Assembly: GCA_951406725.2 (NCBI GenBank)
Contig: OX597817.1
Coordinates: forward strand, 55,552,001 to 55,616,000
DNA: 64,000 bases
Source of the DNA: Octopus vulgaris
Taxonomy: Eukaryota
Direction of reading: 5' to 3'
Position numbers and translations under genes: made by a program. The notes beneath the pieces were generated by a model that was not told the origin of the DNA, did no database searches, and saw nothing but the letters and a program-made list of their open reading frames with translations. Shown here in pieces: positions 59,565 through 64,000 of the stretch (position 1 is its first letter; each line of letters starts with the position of its first letter).

Positions 59565-59746
59565 GGTTTCAAATTTTGGCACAAGCCAGCATGTTCGATT
59601 AGGGGTAAATCGTTTATATCGACCCCAATACTCAACTGGAAGGCAAAACCGACACCGGCAGAATTAGAACTCGGAACATAAAGACGGACCAAATGCCGCC
59701 AAGCATTTTATCTGATGTGCTAACGGTTCTGCCAGCTCGCCGCCTT
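59565..59746 (-). mobile_element. SINE family A with internal deletion
   Basis: TTCTGCCAGCTCGCCGCCTT is the reverse complement of the family head. Confidence 0.8.
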
Positions 59747-59926
59747 ACATTGCGTAAATATTACAAACAAAATTAGAATTTAAAATATTCCCTTTGTCAT
59801 TCATCGCCTGCAAAAATACATCTAACATACACACACGTGCATACACACCTACACACGTAACCGTTCAATACATTCACATACAATCTTTCCCAAAATAAGT
59901 GTTAAAAAGTTAATAATCATTTTATT

Positions 59927-60222
59927 CAGTTGTGTCTGGGGAGAGTCTCTTTTAGTGTCTTATAACTTAACACACTCACCGGTAAAATTTCCACTTAATA
60001 ATTGGCAGTGTGAATAACGGACAGAGTCAAAACTATTGAAAAGGGTGCAAGACGCAACGAAAATTTTAGAAAAATAGAAAAAGAAATAAGTGGAAATTTT
60101 ACCGGTGAGTTTGTTAAATTATAAGGCACTAAAAGAGAATGACTCTCTCCAGACACAACAGAATCTGCTTCAACACACGAACTCACATAAAGAATCTTGA
60201 AAACCAAATCCCAAAACGAAAT
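59927..60222. mobile_element. Fold-back MITE-like repeat
   Basis: About 70-bp inverted repeats TTGTGTCTGG.GAGAGTC..AAAATTTCCACTT / AAGTGGAAATTTT..GACTCTC.CCAGACACAA. Confidence 0.8.
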
Positions 60223-61961
60223 AATCATTTTATTATTTCTTATGCATTTAAATTGAACATACATTATATTAAATATAGTTTTGTAAATGGACAACCAGTT
60301 TACATGTAAAGTAATAGCATCTTGCCCTCAAGAATGTGACCGTTATTGGAGGAGAAAAACGACGTGGAACTATAAGGAGAACAAGAATATCTCAACGAAA
60401 GTTCTGGACAGAATTTTGTTTAAGTTTGGTTTCTGTCCAGAATTATGACGCCAAAACACTACGACTTACAAAACAAAATTCGTATTTGTCATTAAAATCT
60501 ATAAATTCATTCTTCATATCAATCTTCGTATATAAGTTATGTGATTGGTTTATTGTCACAAATATCTTACCTCTTTGATCTTCGCCATCTTAGTAATTTC
60601 TGTATCTATAATGAAACTTTCATATCCCGCACCTCAAGCTGCTTTCTGTTAAAGAGTGAAACGGTAATGTATTATTAAGGGAAATACACTGGACAGCAAC
60701 CAAGTGACCAGAGGGCATTCTCTCTAATGGAGTTCAGTTAGGGATGGTGAACAGGAGTACGAGAGAGTGAGAGTGGGGAAGAAATATGCGTGGGGTTGCT
60801 TGGTTGATAGAAATATATAAAAAGAAGATTGAGAGATACTGAGGGAGAGGGTGAGAGAATATGAGAAAAAGGATAGAGAGGAAGAAGGTTGGAGAGATAC
60901 AGAGACGGGAAGGAATGTGTATGTCTTCGAGAATGACAAAGATTCTGGGAAACGGATAGTAGGAATGGGTATAGAAGCAGAGAGAGGATAAGAGAGAAAG
61001 GGAACAATAGGATGAGTCAGAGGGCGGGAAGATATTAGATGTGGTATTAATGCAGGTATGTCTGATATAGAGAAAGAAATAAAAAGGGTCAGAAAAAAGG
61101 AGGAAGAGAGAGAGACATTGCGAATGTAAGAAAACAGGGGCTATGAGAAGAGGATATAAAAAAATCGCAAAAGGGAGAATAAAAAAAGAGGGAGAAATGT
61201 AGGGAGATTTAGAGACAGAGGTTGAAAGGCGAAAGGGAGAGAAGAGGGTAAGGAGGAAAGAGAGGGAGAAAGAGAAACGGAGAAAGAAGAGTAAAATGGA
61301 GAGAGGTAGGAGAAAAAGAAGGGGAGAGAGAAAGTGAGAAGACATTATGAGCAAAGAGAATGGTGCGTATCTGTTTAAGAGAATGATATAGAGGGAGATG
61401 TTAAAATGGGGCTGGTGGGATGCTGCAGAAGGCGGGAGATTTACACACAGACAGACATAGAGTTACTTTAGCCGGGGGTCATTTTTGGTTGCTTACATTA
61501 ATTCAAATAATTTCTGAGTTTTAATGAAAATAATATAGTCGGCTAATAGCAAAGAAATGTATCAATGACTACGAAGTTTAGTATTTTGGACACAGCATGC
61601 CTGCCAGCCACTTACGTGGCGTGGATGATCTTTCTTGACATTAGACCTTCGATTTGGAATCAAGTATTCAGTCAGGGATTTGCGAGAAATTTCTACATTT
61701 ATTTTTATATTCCTTTTATTTTATTATTATTATTATTATTTGTTATATTTGTTTGTGTTATATATAGAGACTTTTAGCTTTCTTTTTTTAGTTTTATTAT
61801 GAAACGAAATTTTCCAGTTGCAACTGCCGTAGGGTAGGTAGTGCAAAGAATTCTTCGCTGAAAAGAAAAATATTTCCAGCTTTGGGATCTAAAGTCAAAT
61901 GGGAAATCCAAAGTGAGGTCAAAATGTGATAATTTCGAAGTAAAAGGCCTTTTATGTATGC

Positions 61962-62040
<79 letters not shown>

Positions 62041-62679
62041 CGTATGTATCTATGGGTTTGTATAGATATATATATATATATATATATATGTACGTATGAA
62101 TGTATGTATCTGTTTATATATATATATATATATTGTAATGTAATGCGTATATGAATAAGTGTGCATGTTTGTGTATGCGTGTATTATGTATTGTAGCGTT
62201 TTCCCTAGTTCACCCCCGTTCACCCTTTTACTCTCTCGTACGTAAAGTCCCCTCTCGTTGCCATTTTCCCCTCTGCCTCTTTCTTTCACACTCTCTTCCT
62301 TATTCTCTATATTCTTCCTTCTTTCTTCTCAGTCAAGATATTTTGCAATTACCTTTGAAATTGGAAAATTCTGTGTGTAGAGATAACGAGTTCCTTCTGC
62401 TGGCACTCCAATAAACAGAGGTCACTCTCTTGTGGAAACGTGGCCATCTAATGGACATCGAAATCAGTCTTCGGTTATACACTCCCTTATGGTGCCTATT
62501 TAACGGTAACTGTCTCCAGCAAAGTTAATTCTATTTCAGTTTTAACTGCTAAATTGTGAAATGGAATACCAGTGTGTTCCAGTGTGCACGGAAATATATA
62601 AAAACTCGAGAGTTCGGTTACATCTCTCTCCCTCTCAGCCTATATGTGTATATATAAATATATATATATGTGTGTGTGT

Positions 62680-62714
<35 letters not shown>

Positions 62715-62866
62715 TGTGTGTGTGTCTGTGGGTGTTTGTGTGCGTTTGTCTTTGGATGTATGCATACCCTTGTATCTATATGTATGCATCTGTAATTACA
62801 TATTGATAAATTTCTCCCTATCTGTCTCTCTCTCACTATATATATTTATATATATATTTATGTATC

Positions 62867-62903
<37 letters not shown>

Positions 62904-62936
62904 TTATATATATACTTTGATACTTTGATACTTTGA

Positions 62937-63567
<631 letters not shown>

Positions 63568-63571
63568 AGCG

Positions 63572-64000
63572 AGCCCCCATCTACAGAATTCATACTTTTT
63601 CCATGCAAATGATTTTGAAGACTGCAGAATAAAGAATGATCAAATGGGGCAATGTCTGGCGAATATGGTGGGTGGGGCATCATCTCGCATTCAAACTGCT
63701 CCAGCCTTTGGAATGTCATCCTCGCAGTATATGGCCAAGCATTATCCTGATGAAAGAACACATTTCGTTTTGAAACCCCCAATTTTTTTTTCTTCTAAGC
63801 CGCCCAAGTTGCTCGCAGTACATCTCATTTGTTATCGTTTGGTTTGGGTTCAAAGTGGACTAAACCTTTCATATCAAACAGATAACAACATCTTATGTGG
63901 GTGAAGATCTTTAGCCTGGGCTACCAGTGTTTCTCCTGTCTTTACTCACTGTCTTCGGCGCTTCACATTTTTATTGAGGACCCATTACTCGTCACTATTC
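63572..64000 (-). mobile_element. Mariner DD34D transposase remnant (runs off window end)
   Basis: SDE*WV, LHPHKMLLSV, FHQDNAWPY and HPPYSPDIAPFD. 34 residues lie between the second and third D. Confidence 0.9.

Overview
AT-rich eukaryotic non-coding DNA dense in (TA)n, (CA)n, (GATA)n and trinucleotide microsatellites. The repeat families suggest an octopus (coleoid cephalopod) genome, which is an inference from remembered repeat consensus. I can support no host protein-coding exon: the ORF track consists of microsatellite read-throughs or transposon relics. The window holds three tRNA-type SINE families, R4/Dong-like and RTE LINE remnants, Tc1/mariner relics, fold-back MITEs and two non-autonomous Helitrons. 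The main discovery is a retrozyme/Penelope-pLTR-like locus at 40.9-41.8 kb. It has a 361-nt tandem monomer carrying a complete minimal type I hammerhead ribozyme (41609-41654, predicted cleavage after 41648). The sense array starts at the cleavage site and is preceded by an inverted copy and a template-switch mosaic. The monomer also carries a second multi-helix, pseudoknot-compatible RNA motif that recurs, with different loops, in a divergent hammerhead-relic element at 62.9-63.6 kb. A 234-bp palindrome at 11.2-11.4 kb is also centred on a hammerhead cleavage motif. All structures were paired by eye, not computed.
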